From: Antedon mediterranea
Lineage: Eukaryota; Animalia; Echinodermata
Direction: 5' to 3'
DNA: 64,000 bases
NCBI RefSeq assembly: GCF_964355755.1
Contig: NC_092680.1
Coordinates: forward strand, 3,162,001-3,226,000
The position numbers and the translations under genes are program-made. Positions 14,491 through 27,829 of this stretch are shown here, one piece after another (within the stretch, counting starts at the first letter, position 1; every line of letters begins with the position of its first letter). The notes under the pieces are model-generated. The model saw only the letters and a list, made by a program, of their open reading frames with translations. It did no database searches and was not told the origin of the DNA.

Positions 14491-15650
14491 GATATTCTTT
14501 TCACCATACAAGAAGGGATACTTACAAGACACACCGATTTCTTCGTCCTCTGCTGGGCACTGGTACACTGAGAGGGGCATGAGAAAGGCGGATTGGTTCC
14601 GGAAATCTTTCTTATCGTAAGATCTCTAAAAGGTGCCTTAATAATGCACGATTATCCCGCTGCCACAACGCTTGGGATTAACTTGTGTTCTTATCTGTCA
14701 ACGCCGCTTGTGTTGTGTCATTCATTTTTAAATAACAGGAAAGTGCTGATAGCTTGTTTCGCGTAAAATATTGAATTAATATTTAAAAACATACGTTCAA
14801 AGGTACCGTACCAACCAACAATCTCCAGATCTGTACGGTACACCTCTATGCATAACAATTGTGTTTGGAGGATTCCAACCTGGACGTAACATATTATCAT
14901 TTCAGTCATATATGCCTAAAGTCTGCGTTCCAGACGGAGTTTTGACTTAATATTAGTAGGCCTGACAAGATAAATATTTTGGCACATATGGCGTTACATA
15001 CGTAAACTACTTGAGCATCGAAAAACATCGAAATAACTACAGACTTGTGGCAAGTGAAATGCCTAAGGTACGATGGGCAACTTTCGTACCATCTCGGACA
15101 AAATTTAGGTTTTTTCGGATAAACGACTTTCACCAACAACAAAGCACACGGCTACTTTCCGGCCAGATGGTTTCAAATATTAACCAGGCAAATGGTGTGA
15201 TTCGGACAGTACACAGTTTTACTGGTACTGTTTAAGAATTTGGAATCCATGGTTGGAAGTACGCTTAGGTCTAATAACACTAACAAAATATTTGTGATAG
15301 AAATATTAACTATGGTTTAAGGCATCATAGTTAGGAGTAGGGCCTAATGTATATGAATATTGTATCATATCGACCCCCCCGCAGCGGCTTTCATATTTTA
15401 TAGCTGTATACAAAATATTACGAGGTGACGGCTAAATGAGCTGCACCCCTCAATAGTAAAGAACTAACATGATTGTCATAAAACTACTCTGGTATGAATA
15501 ATTTCGAATGCCTTTTCTATATAATATTACTTAATTGTTAATTATATCAAAGAACTTATAACACAAGAATCTCCTGTTCGTCCGAAGCGCGTAACAATTT
15601 CGAAAGGCATTGTGGGATAGAATAGAGGTATGGGTGCCGCCATTGTGAGC

Positions 15651-15866
15651 CATGGAGTAGGGCGCCCGCATCAAATTAGAAAGTCAAAATCATAGAGGGG
15701 ATCTGCTAATGCTCTAGGGGGGGGGGATAGAGTAATTGACTGAGGAGTAGGGCGCCCGCATCAAATTAGAAAGTCAAAATCATAGAGGGGATCTGCTAAT
15801 ACTCTAGTATAGGGGGGGGGGGGGGGTGGGAGGGTGTAGATCAATTGACTTCCTAGCTGCTCCATG
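15651..15866. mobile_element. Short CATGGAG...CTCCATG element with an internal 90-bp duplication and poly-G
   Basis: Termini catggagtag and ctgctccatg. ggagtagggcgcccgcatcaaattagaaagtc repeats at 15654 and 15744. TSD imperfect. Confidence 0.55.
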
Positions 15867-16805
15867 CTGTGAAATGGCGTCGCCCAGTTTGACCTTTTAA
15901 CCCTGTACTTCCGATACTGTGTTTTGAATGCAAATTGAAGAACAGAGTTTGATTATACAAATATAAAGATAATTCATTAATCCTTTCTTCTGCCTTCGCA
16001 ATCTTATATTAAATAAAATGTTTTATATAGGCTTAACTCTGATGACGTTACACCCCTCATAACAGTACCATAACAAAAACAAAACAAGATAAACCCGATG
16101 CTATGATTAAGTAATTTTAAAATAGTAGGCCTAATACGTCTATGCCACGATGTTAATATAAACATTTGCTGTTAAAACAGAAATGATGACGTCATTAAGC
16201 GGTTCATCAATTTTACTAGGCCACGAAATAGGGACCTACGGAAAAATATAATTTGCTGATTAAGACCGAACTTGAGTGAAGAATTAACGACGAATGTTTA
16301 TCATCATTTACTTCAAAATATATTTTTCTTTCTATGCACGTGCTTCCTAATCAGCCTAAATGAAATTTTGTCATTTAATAGAAAATAGATCAATACACGC
16401 GATAATAGTAAATTATTTTGTTTATTATAGCAATTACATCATTAGGTCGCGTGGTATAGTTTCTAATTTCAGGGATGATGGCTCATTTGTTTGCTTACGT
16501 CTATAATATTAATACTGTACTTAGTTGCATATTTAACAATGCTATCAAATGTACGGTATTTTTATGGCTGTAACCGTTTTTGATATGTATCCCGTTTGAA
16601 TTGAATGGCATTCATATGCCAAAACTTAAATCTGGATTTCTGAATTTTCCCGAAATTATAGTATTTGTTTATATAATATTTCCTTGCGTTAGTGTGTGTT
16701 TGTATTTGGACCGCATAGCATATTGAGTGCCACCGATTTAAAGATGCCTGAAACCTATACATAAACAATATTACTGATTTAAAATCCGTATCTCGAGTCC
16801 ACTTA

Positions 16806-17122
16806 GTGGGTGAGTGGCCGAGCGGTTAAGACAGTGGAACAGTAATCACGTAGCCATAACATCGGCAGGAGTTCGAGGCTCACTCACTCCATGGTTCTGG
16901 TGGTAGAACGAGTCTTCTCGGATAAGGACTATAAACCGTAGGTCCAGTGTACACAACTTGCTCGTGTGCACTTTAAAGAACCTAGTACATCTTTCGAGAC
17001 GAGTAGGGGGTTACCCCGGTGTATTAGTACATCACAGCCACTGATCCCCAACTGGGCCCTCTGGGAGATCAGTCGTTGACTGAAGAGGTTACCCAGTATA
17101 AAGATAAAACAAACAAACAAAT
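16806..17122 (+). mobile_element. tRNA-derived SINE with Deu/Nin-like core (full length)
   Basis: A-box tggccgagcgg and B-box gagttcgaggc. Core tctcggataaggactataaaccgtaggtcc...taaagaacc...gagtagggggttaccccggtgt resembles the Deu domain. (AAAC)n tail. Near-identical copy at 44349-44665. Confidence 0.85.
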
Positions 17123-17151
17123 AGTAATCCACGTGATTGTGAGCGTTATAA

Positions 17152-17282
17152 AGCTCTGTCTACACTATCAAACTTTATGTGACATGATGATGTCATATCA
17201 TTACCATATTTAAGCATATCACTACCATATTTGGGCACATCACAATTTTTTGTTAAACTAGTCTGATAGTTTAGACAGAGCT
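17152..17282. mobile_element. PIF/Harbinger-like MITE (TIR AGCTCTGTCTACACTATCA, TAA TSD)
   Basis: taa|agctctgtctacac...tttagacagagct|taa. Other copies: 7330-7670 (tandem pair), 20665-20895, 48480-48650, 54423-54500, 62832-62923. Superfamily inferred from the 3-bp TWA TSD. Confidence 0.8.
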
Positions 17283-18546
17283 TAAGTTCTATTGTTCACT
17301 TTACGCTTGTTGCTTAAATACCTTTGTTGGTTGTAAAATGTTATTGAGGCTTTAATCATTTCAATGCATGGTAATTCCATGGGAATTTCCCGTCGCGTTT
17401 CCCACTTTCATTCAATGGGTGGCTGGAAGGAAGTTCGTGTCCACACAACAAAAAGCTACCGTAATTCATTCCATGGTTTTGATTAGGATCAGCATAATTT
17501 ATGTCTATATCGCGTCAACAAACTAAATAAATAACTAAAATGTTATTACACGAAACCGTTACTGGTAGTACATTTAGGCCTACACATATAGACAAGTATT
17601 TTTCTTGTTAGTCCACCAGTCGACGTTTCGAGTTTTGTCTCAAGAAGTATACATATGAGACGCCATGTGTGCCAAAACATTTATATTTTGACTAATAATA
17701 TATGTCAAAACTCCGTTTGGAACCTGGACTAATTTAAACATTAAATCACCATAATACCCACCACCAATGTAGAGAGACGGATGTTGTAGAGATTTTGCCT
17801 CTTTTTGCTAAAAATACTGAAAAATAATGATTATGATGACGACAGATAGCTTGATTGGCTGTTGATATTACTACATGCTGGTTAATTCCTAATTATTAAA
17901 TAAGGAATAAATATAATAATATGACATGCGGGCTCAGAATAAAATTACGTTAGAATTATTATCATAGTAACACAGTATACGTTTAGGAGCACAACGTGGC
18001 ATCTAAAATTATCTAATAGTACAATTTCATCATTGTTTGTGTTCATTTCGTAATGAACATCATCATCAATACAACGTGTAAGTCAGCCAACAAGTTCAAT
18101 ATCTCAAAGTCATACTGTCATGTGACTATTACGGCGATTGAAACGTCACTGTAGACACAAGATCGATAGCGGATTTGATTGAGAGAAATAAATGTGTCAC
18201 GTGCACGCATGGGGGCCGGGGGGGGGGTGGTTGTGTCTTGGAGAGAGTGTGGATGATGCACCTTCTCCCTGGATCGCGGCCTTATACTACACATAGTCAA
18301 TTATTATAAAAATATAAGCCAATAAGTAAACAATGATTCGGTATAAAAGCAAATGAAATACGGCAAGCATGTGCCCTTATCTACTACAAGTCAATATTAT
18401 TATTATATTTACCCCCAGCGTACAATGATATTGTGTGGTCCGTTGACCTTCTAGTTATGTCAAAAACCAAGCGTTCTTTGTCAACAATTGTCTGTGAAGT
18501 TTAGTACAGTGAACACTATTAATTTGATGTACAGTTTACATCTTAT

Positions 18547-18842
18547 GCCTACAAATATTGATAAGCTTCGCCAAAATAATTATGTGTATTACTTGCGCAT
18601 TGTGGATAGTTCTCTTGGTTCATATTTAAATATTATGACAATTCAACATACCTTATATTACATTTGGTTGAAACAAATATTTGTGTTTTTCTCTGCCTAG
18701 AAACATTGGTAAGCTTCGCCAAAATAATTATGTGTATTACTTGCGCATTGTGGATAGTTCTCTTGGTTCATATTTAAATATTATGGCAATTCAACATACA
18801 TTATATTACATTTGGTTGAAACAAACATTTGTGTTTTCTCTG
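18547..18842. repeat. 148-bp direct tandem duplication
   Basis: taagcttcgccaaaataattatgtgtattac... at 18562 and 18710, with few mismatches. Confidence 0.92.
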
Positions 18843-21800
18843 GCTGCGTTTAGATTATTTTCCGTAGTATGAAATGTGTGATAGGACAGTGTTAGAGGTC
18901 TAACGAAGAAATGCGAGTGGGTATTATTAGATGAATTAGTGCTATGCAACATATCATACTTTATGTTTGGTAAAACATACATATAAAAATATTCTTTTTT
19001 TTAATCTATACGTAGGCCTATACATTCTAAGAATGATATTAATAACCATTTATGATGTATTTGTGTTGTTTTTTACTAGGTCAGAGACAATAACGCGTAC
19101 AATTGTATTGTTGTTTTTTTTTTTTTTTTTTTTCCGGTAATTTATAAAAATATATGTCCAACCTGGAAGATTTCTTCGAATAATAATTATCCTGGATGAG
19201 ATCGAGTCCACATAATGTTTCATTGTTATGAAGTCGCATAATTTTCGACGTTTTCTCTAAGTGTTAGCAACTCTGTGACTCACCATCAAGGTCACAATAG
19301 AAGCTTTGTCCTTTTTTTTGACAACGCCTTTTTTAATCTTAGTATAAGTATTAATACTAATCATCATACAATGAATTGTGCATTGTTTCGTTGACAGTTA
19401 CTTTGTCCGAACGTAAGAAACTATAGATGGCGCTCTCTATCGATAACTGTATTAATTTTCTGTGTGTATCAATACATAATTATTGCACTGAAAACTTAGT
19501 GTTGTCCGAAAAGCTCTGCTAATTTTTCTGGCTGTTTTACTTTATCGTTTTGATTTAGCTTTCTGCTTATTTTATTTTGTATCTCTATTGAGATCCAGCC
19601 ACTGATACCCACAGCATTGTAATTTTTTTCATTAATTTGCCTTTGCACTAATACATCATTAAAGTACAAATATTTGTTAACGTCTTCAATTGCCATATTA
19701 CTGTATTTTCATTGTCTCGTGATATCTAAATATGAGCAATATTGTCATAATTGGGCGGGCACATAAGCGCCAACAAGGACAACAATCTCGTGCCGTTGCA
19801 TGCAACATTCAAGAATACAATATACGGAAAAACCAACAACATAAATATACTCAATTGCATCCTTTAGATGGTAGGCCTAGATGGCATGAAGACGTAGAGG
19901 CATACCGTACAAGGAAGTAGTAGGCCAATAGACAAACATTGTGTTTTTATTTATCATTCTGTAACAGTTAGGTCCGCTTGTAAAACGAAACTCCGAAGGA
20001 AGTCAACAATAACAGTCCAAAAACAAAGAGAATACTGACCTAATAATAGTACAATAAACACATGTACAATAAAGTATTTCCGTAGACGCGCAATTCCTTC
20101 TTCTATAATCGTCTTTCATAGAAAAAAATATGAAGATTCTTTGTAATAATATACTGCCTTACCGTATCTACCTACTAGTTTAAGATTATAATAGTATACG
20201 TATCTTTAAATGTTTACGTAGGGCCTATAGATCTCACCTTTTAGAGACGATTAATTAATTTATATTGGCATTTTTTTTGCAGGTCGTTCTAACGCTTAAT
20301 TTGAATCAATCAAAATAACATTTATTTTCTTCATTAATAACAAACATATTGATGTTTTACTAATGCATAACAGTTTACGCAATGTGTACTAATGTATGAA
20401 TTATAAAGGGTCTATCCTAAGTATTATATTTTTCTCTATTATTTAATTTGGTCTAAAATAACGTTATATAATATAAGTTTTGAATAAAATAAATCCTAAC
20501 TCCATCAACGACACTCATTTGAACTAGCAACGATTTGATACTACGCATAAATTAAATTTCGGCGCTGTTCGAACAAAAACAAATTACTTGCCGATAGAGG
20601 GTGGTATTTATAAACAACACAAGTTCGCTCTTATTTTAATTATTTCCTGATGAATAGTCTCTCAAGCTCTGTCTACACAGACTAGTTTGACAAAAAAGTG
20701 TGATGTGACCAACTATGGTAGTGATATTTGTATTTTATTTATTTATGACAATTCAGAGACACATCTTCCGGAGAAGCCAGATAGAAGTCACAATAGCCGA
20801 TATTACACAAGTGATTCCATTAAATTGTATCATATCCATATATGGGCACATCACATTGTTTTTTTCACATAAAGTTTGATAGTGTAGACAAAGCTTTAAT
20901 CTTCACCTTCGAGTGAAATATAATCTAATAAAAATAACTTTATATAAGTAATAATTGGGTCTCTCACTCTATTGCCGATACTATTATCAATGACTACAGG
21001 AAGTAAAATAAACACAAAATATTAAGTACTTTCTTTGAATTTATTACATAATTTTATCATAAAGTTTACCATCATCAAAACATTCTTTGGAAATATAATG
21101 TAGTGCGTGGTATACTTCACACCGATTATAATTTATATAGTAACACTAAATACAAGGTTTAAGGTCGCTCATATTCAGTTTGATACAGTTGACACAACAT
21201 CCAGAGTGTTGGATCAGCTTGTGTTATTATGTGCGGGTATGTCCAGTTTGTATGTTCAGATCAGGACGTATTCTTCCATTCCATCCAATCAGAACGGTTT
21301 GTTGTTATGGGATGGTGGGACAGACATTTTTCAGAGAACCACGTCTTTCCATTTATACAATTCTAAAATGAGAAATAAGAATAAGTACTAAATCTTTCAT
21401 TGACCATTGTGGAAAATTACTATTATTAAAACAGCTGCTTCAACATGTCACAAAAGCATGACAAATTAACAGTAAGACATAAGTACATTATGTTATGCTA
21501 ACATTGTGTATGCATCATGATTGTGTTGTTGTAGATTGTCATTAGTAAAAATTAATAATCTCATCTTTTCATTAACAGGTATAGGTTAAACCTGTCTGTA
21601 TTGGCAGTGATTGATGATTAAGGCCCATATTTTGTTGTTTTTTTAAAATAAATTTTTATACATTATATAAATATGGGCACTGGATATCAATGTAAAAAAA
21701 AATATAAGCATGTCTGTTTTATTGGTTAGCAAATTGATTTTAAACTTTGATGTTTCATTTATTTTGAACAGCTTATAATCTCACAATAACATGAAAAATG

Positions 21801-22941
21801 CTAAGCATTATTTTTGTTATATTTGTTTTAGCTTTTTTTAGTAGATGTGTTTATAAGATTGTTTTGTTAATATTACCTTAACACTGGGAGGGCATTTTAC
21901 TCTAATTTGTTCTTTGGATTGTTTACAGCAACAAAATGGTACAGGACTACCAACAGAAATAGCGTTACACCAAGCATATTGGCAAAGATAGCTAGCTGTA
22001 TATCGGTAATCATGTTGAACCTGAAAACAAAATGACAATATTGATTAAATCAGGAATAGCGAATACAGAAATATTAATCATAATGGATGAAGTCTTGCAG
22101 CATGGAGTAATCCATGCTTGCAACAAGAAAACATCCTGAAATGGTTGGATAACGGGAATGCTAAATAAGCTGGTTAGTCTGTCCATTTACCTCCATGGTC
22201 GGTCTTTCTTTAGGCTTTTAGTACTGTATGATTGTAATAGGATGTAATAGGATATAGTAGGCCTAGCTAGTAGTAATGATATGCGATAAGTAGGCCTAGC
22301 TAGGCTTGGATCCGCTAGGCATTCTATTTATTACAAAATATACAGAATTATACTACTACTATACTACTACTAGCTAGGCCCTACTACTACTACTACTAGG
22401 ACCAGGCCTACTTTTATTTAAATTACGCTGCACTACAAAACAAGGGATAATTCATAATTAACATCTTAACCAGTACAAAAGTCTCGATCACTAACTTATA
22501 GTAGTAGGAGCACTGACTACCTTTGTATTTAAGGAGATAGCTAGGTTCTACTAGGCTCACTCCGCAGCTGGGTCGGCTCACTCCGCTCTGGCACCACAAG
22601 GTCAAAATCGACAATATTGCCATGCATATTGCCTAGGATTCAGATTAGTGTGAGCCTAAGCTGCCATCGATAATAATAACACAACCACATGAACTAAATT
22701 ATTTATATTTAACTAATATTCGTTAAATTAATGAAGGCCCTATATTAAAATGTTACCTAAATCCACTTTTTAGAGAACAAATCCGTTCAGGTTGTCGATG
22801 TGTCAGTATCGTAGAGGTTAAAGGTTAAATTGATGCATTTGCGCCACCAACGTTTACACAAAAGTATTTGATTTGAGCGTTGGTGGCGCTTTCACTCTTG
22901 CTCATAATCATTTTAAATTTCAAAGTAATACATGGTATAGG

Positions 22942-23766
22942 CAAAGAATATATATCACAAGAATGAGTAATCCGCGATTTTCCCTGTAACAGTAATATTG
23001 TCCATGTGGTAGGGCGCCGCCATAAGTGTGGATGTATACAACTTTTTGTGACGGTTTCAATAATCAAAGGCTAGACCACCGGTAGTATTTTCATGATAAA
23101 AAATGTTATCAACTACATGCCAACATCATGTTAAATACTATTTGGATATTTAATTGTTCATTTTATGCAATTTATTTAGTAAAAACTGCCGTATAAACAG
23201 TTTGCTTTATCAACCGGGCGCTACGATAGCGTGACCGGGCGAGTTGGTGTTTACGCGTTTTCACAAAGGATAGTTTAATAATATTCCTATATTTAACTTC
23301 TTTCTGGTAAAACAAATAAATGTTAATAACATTTAACATTTTGTCCTATTAATAACATGTATCTTATACTAATTTATATCATAAAAACAATACTTAATTT
23401 ACCGGGCGTAGAGTAGTACACGGCAATGGTAAAGAATAGGCCGTGCTGAGTAACGATTCGTGATTTTTGGTGTTGCTGTGTTAGGCCTTTTTTGTGAACT
23501 AACTTAGCATGTTAGTAAATAATTGTCTGTAAAAGTGAATGTACACTAGATTGTTAATAAATATGTATTATAAAATAGTTTACAATTGCAAAAACTATTA
23601 TCATAATTCTATTTAATGTGACATGTATCATGTCTATTAAATCAAGTCTTATTTAGTATTTATACATCCGCCCTTATGAGGGCGGGCATCACTCACTTGA
23701 GCTCTCTGTTACAAATTTCTCATGCAAAAATCGCGGAATACTCATTCTTGTGATATATATTCTTTG
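22942..23766. mobile_element. Non-autonomous DNA transposon (P/Galileo-like), 825 bp, ~40-bp TIRs, 7-bp TSD GTATAGG
   Basis: gtatagg|caaagaatatatatcacaagaatgagtaatccgcgatttt ... aaaatcgcggaatactcattcttgtgatatatattctttg|gtatagg. Superfamily inferred from CA..TG termini and the 7-bp TSD. Confidence 0.85.
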
Positions 23767-26700
23767 GTATAGGCCTACACAAGCTTTGCTAGGCTAGCTA
23801 TGATCGGACATACCATAAGAAAAAATAGCCTCTCCTTTTTGGTACAAAACTTTCAACTTCAACAAATCATAATGTTATCTGATAGGGCCCACTTAGTACT
23901 ATTGGGTCGAAGACGTCCTAGGCCTAAAATATCTTTAAAATTCCATTATGTTCTTAATGTAATTACAAAGTAGGCCTATTATTTATTAATTAATATGGCA
24001 CGCAAAGTTCGTATATTAGTGTAGATTCAGAATCATATAATTTGTTTCATATTTAATTTCAAATCAGGTAAAATGGCTTTTTTTTTTCTGGCGGGAACCT
24101 ATGCAGCTATTTCTCTTAACAAAATAATAGATGTCATTTCCGGGGACCTTACAGCTCTGTTTGGTATGCCGTGCGTTGTTATGCAAATTAGTTTGTGCAC
24201 ATATGAATCTCTTGGTGCAAATTTTGCAACCAAACAGTGATTTTTAATATGTACCTATTGAGCTGTTTATCTACTTATCGGTTCATACCAAGTTCATGCA
24301 ACCCAAGTCTTGTCATCGTCCATTATATAGGGGGGTCAACCATTATGACTACAACTAATTTCCATAATTATTGATTACATTTTTTAACCAAAGAAATTAA
24401 AATGACATAAACTAGTAAAGTATGAACATTTTCAGACTTTGTAATAATTACCATCTATTCATTAAACAGGTCACAGAAAGATAATCATAACCATTACCCG
24501 AGTGAAAAATGGTAGATCCCAGCTCGCTAACACTCAAACATAGGTATCTTAATTTGGCAATTGTGAATATAAAACACGACATATAGAACTAAATAACACC
24601 TAATAATTGTGCCTTATATATCAAACATTACAATGATATAAAAATTAAAATGCTACTTACAATTATATAATGAAAAATTAACCCCAAACTTAGCTACAAT
24701 CCAACGGTCTGTCAAGTGAAGGCTTGATAACACAGAGGCAAACCCTATTTGAATTTTGCCGCTTTTTTGAGGATTTTTTAGATTTTTTCAAAATAGATTT
24801 TGCTATTTTGACACAGTCTATTTTAAGCCAATGCTCATAAGAAAAGTATGTAAGGAATCTATGAATATTCAGCTTTCTTTTAAGAAACTATCCAAAATGA
24901 TTGATGACTTACAAGTGATCTTAAATTGCAAATAAAACACTGTGGGGCTTTAGAAAATAGGTAAAAAATTGACCTCACACTGTCAGCGGTCAATGGATGG
25001 TGAGTTTTAAAGCGTAAAATGACACATCCTTTTTGTAACTTTACAATTTCAAACATATATCATTATGTTCAGTATTGTCTACAGTTTATTTTGAGCTACT
25101 ATCCAAAAAAATCCGATTTATAATAGCCGAGATATTTAGGTGGGAACATGAAAATCAAGTGTTTTGTAGAATATCACAATGCGAAATCAGTGGTATTCAT
25201 GTCCCAGTGGAGTGTGTTGAGGCAATTTAGCTATTTCGTTGCTCAAGAGATTCATATGGTGTATTATGGGGAAGATCAACACGCCACACTTTTAAATTTT
25301 GGTGTTATTAATCTTTACATTAGAAGATTGTTTAAATCATGTAAATGAAACAATTTGCGGGCGGGAACCTAGCAGCTCCCCTCTTTTAGTTAGCTCCCCT
25401 CTTTTAGTTTGCAAAAGTAATCTCGAAAAGAACTCCATGTGGAAAAGAAGCCCACCCAAGATTACTAAAAATGAAGGAGCACATGGGCTTCTTTCGAGGT
25501 TTCATGGCAGTCTATTTAATGGAAAAATAAATGCCATACAACTTTTTTTCTCTTGTTTAGGCCTAGGCCTGACATTTTCAACCCTCCAGATGAAGGAACA
25601 TCGTAAGGAAAAAGAAATCGCGGACCGCTAACATTATTAGAATCGACTTAATTTAAACATTTTGAACCGTTCAAAGACGAAAAAAGTTATCGCAATAGGA
25701 CCATATAGTATTTATGTTACATTAAATGTAGTTTGTGACCTTAAATTAGATCTAAAAACCGTAGAGAATGAGTGAGTATTGTTGGTTGTTTGTTAGTGAG
25801 TGGATATTTGGACATCGGAATTGGTTTTCTTGTTGAAGAGAGAATATTTTGACCCCTCGAAAGGGCAGTGACGACGGAAGCTAACTTGTACCTTATCATC
25901 ACAATTGTTGGTACATACACTCATAATCAGTGTTATGACAAACGCTCTTCAAACAACACTCACCATAAATCACTTTCCATGCCATGATTAAACTGATTAT
26001 CTTAACGTGCTGAAACCGTGAATTATATCCATGTAGCCTACTATTTTGTGAATTATTACAGTATAGCATAGCCATGGTAGACACGTTTTCATATTCTCAC
26101 ATTTTCTCATCGGGACGATTCTCGCACTCGACTCCCGAACACAAAATCATGTACCAGCCCCGCAATTTTCTAAATGTATTTCCTTTGATTGGGCGGGTCC
26201 ATTGATTGGGCGGCATTTGAATTGAAAAAAAAAACGAACCGCAATCACATTCGATTAAGGTTAATGAAATAATGTAATCCAATGAAGAGAGGGACAATAT
26301 TCGCCAGGTCTAAACGAATCGAGGTTGATGGCCTACAACGTTTGTAGACCTAGCCTATTTCCTGACTTGAACAAAGCTGAGACAACCAAATTGACATGTG
26401 AACAATATATTAATAAGTGATCCAACAAAATATCAGGTGAATAGACTTTTAAGCATACCTAATTGAGTATTTTCAAAATCTGTTAAAACTTGTGTAAATA
26501 TTATTCGTGATAACACATACATAAACGAGTTTGTGCTATTTCTGACACGGTCATCTCTACGACCGCAATAATATGAAATTGGCCATTCAGTTACCTTATC
26601 ATTTGTTATCATAACGAAAATATATTAACAACATGATAGTATATGCTGTACTCACTGTAAAGGTAATTACTGCCTATATTACACTTATTGATGCAAAACA

Positions 26701-27214
26701 TTATATAATATAGGGCGATAATATGGTATCTAAATATTTGTTTCACTCGAAAACAACAAACTTTTATAACTGTAAATAATGAGGTTCTCTCCAAATTTGC
26801 ACCAAACTCTCGTATACGGTATATGTAAGCTACAATAATAGTGTTTTCTTGTAGCCCAAGGTGGCTACAACCTTTTTCACATGATTGTTTGGCTCCCTGA
26901 TGTCATACATTCCTTTTTCCCTGTCACTTGGCATGAAACAGCCTCGCTGTTTCTTGTAGTTAGGCAAAACACCGTGACAGAATCAGCTGCAATTTAAAGT
27001 ATAAACATTAATTTATTATGGTTTACATCGTGTTTTAAATATTTTCTGATTTCAAATCAGATAAGGTTTCAGCCTTTACTAATTTACCAAACTTTCCAGT
27101 ACTTTGAATTAATAATAATTCTAAAATATATAATTTGTTCATGCTTGGTTCTGAAAAATAGTAAATTCATCATTGTCTTAAAATTTATATAGAGTTCAGC
27201 CGTTCTATTTAACG

Positions 27215-27402
27215 TGGAAAATAGAAGGAAGAAGGAGCAGGGGGAGGAAAAGAGTCACTTGGTTGGCCAGCATAGCTGAATGGATTCGGAATAGAGGCGA
27301 GAATACCAAAGAAGTGGAGTTGCTGAATATGGCAATAGACAGAGAATTGTGGCACAACATGATCGCCAAAGTCTCATGATATGGCACTTCGAGAGAGAGA
27401 GA
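27215..27402 (+). mobile_element. 3' fragment of an RTE-clade LINE with (GA)n tail
   Basis: Translates as KIEGRRSRGRKRVTWLASIAEW...MAIDRELWHNMIAKVS*, typical of the RTE ORF C-terminus, followed by gagagagagaga. Confidence 0.8.
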
Positions 27403-27829
27403 TCAGCATAACCATAGTATATTGTAATTTATCAACTTTAACAATTAACCTGAATTTAATGTTTCGTAACATTATAGTATAAGAGAGGAAAAAGATTGTT
27501 GGAATTTGTTTGTTTTGTTTACTGCAGTTATATTATTTTCGTTGTCCTTTGCAAAAGCCTACATTTTGTAACCCCTTGATTATTATGACGAAAAGTATAT
27601 CTTATATCCATCTAGATAAACGTAGGTCCTAATGATTTATATCAACTATTGCAACAATACTTATCACGTGATTTCAAGATGCTGGGAGGCGAAAGTTCAT
27701 GTTTGACAATAGGCCTACTATCCGATGCTAAGTTTTCTGTCCAAGTCGGGATAGTTTATTGGATTGTGAAAGTGTTTTTGTAGTAGGCCTAATATCTATA
27801 TTGCGGAAATCGCTTTTCAAGGTCTAAAA

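Noticed and set aside
16806-16890. tRNA gene
   Set aside because: A and B boxes are present but there is no complete cloverleaf. The sequence continues into a SINE core and tail and is multi-copy.
16929-17132. Near-identical small ORFs at 16929 and 44353
   Set aside because: Both are chance antisense frames of the same SINE.
24470-26330. Probable transposon-derived or promoter-like sequence
   Set aside because: Short repeats, a hairpin and CCAAT words are present, but I could not define termini, a TSD or a coding remnant.
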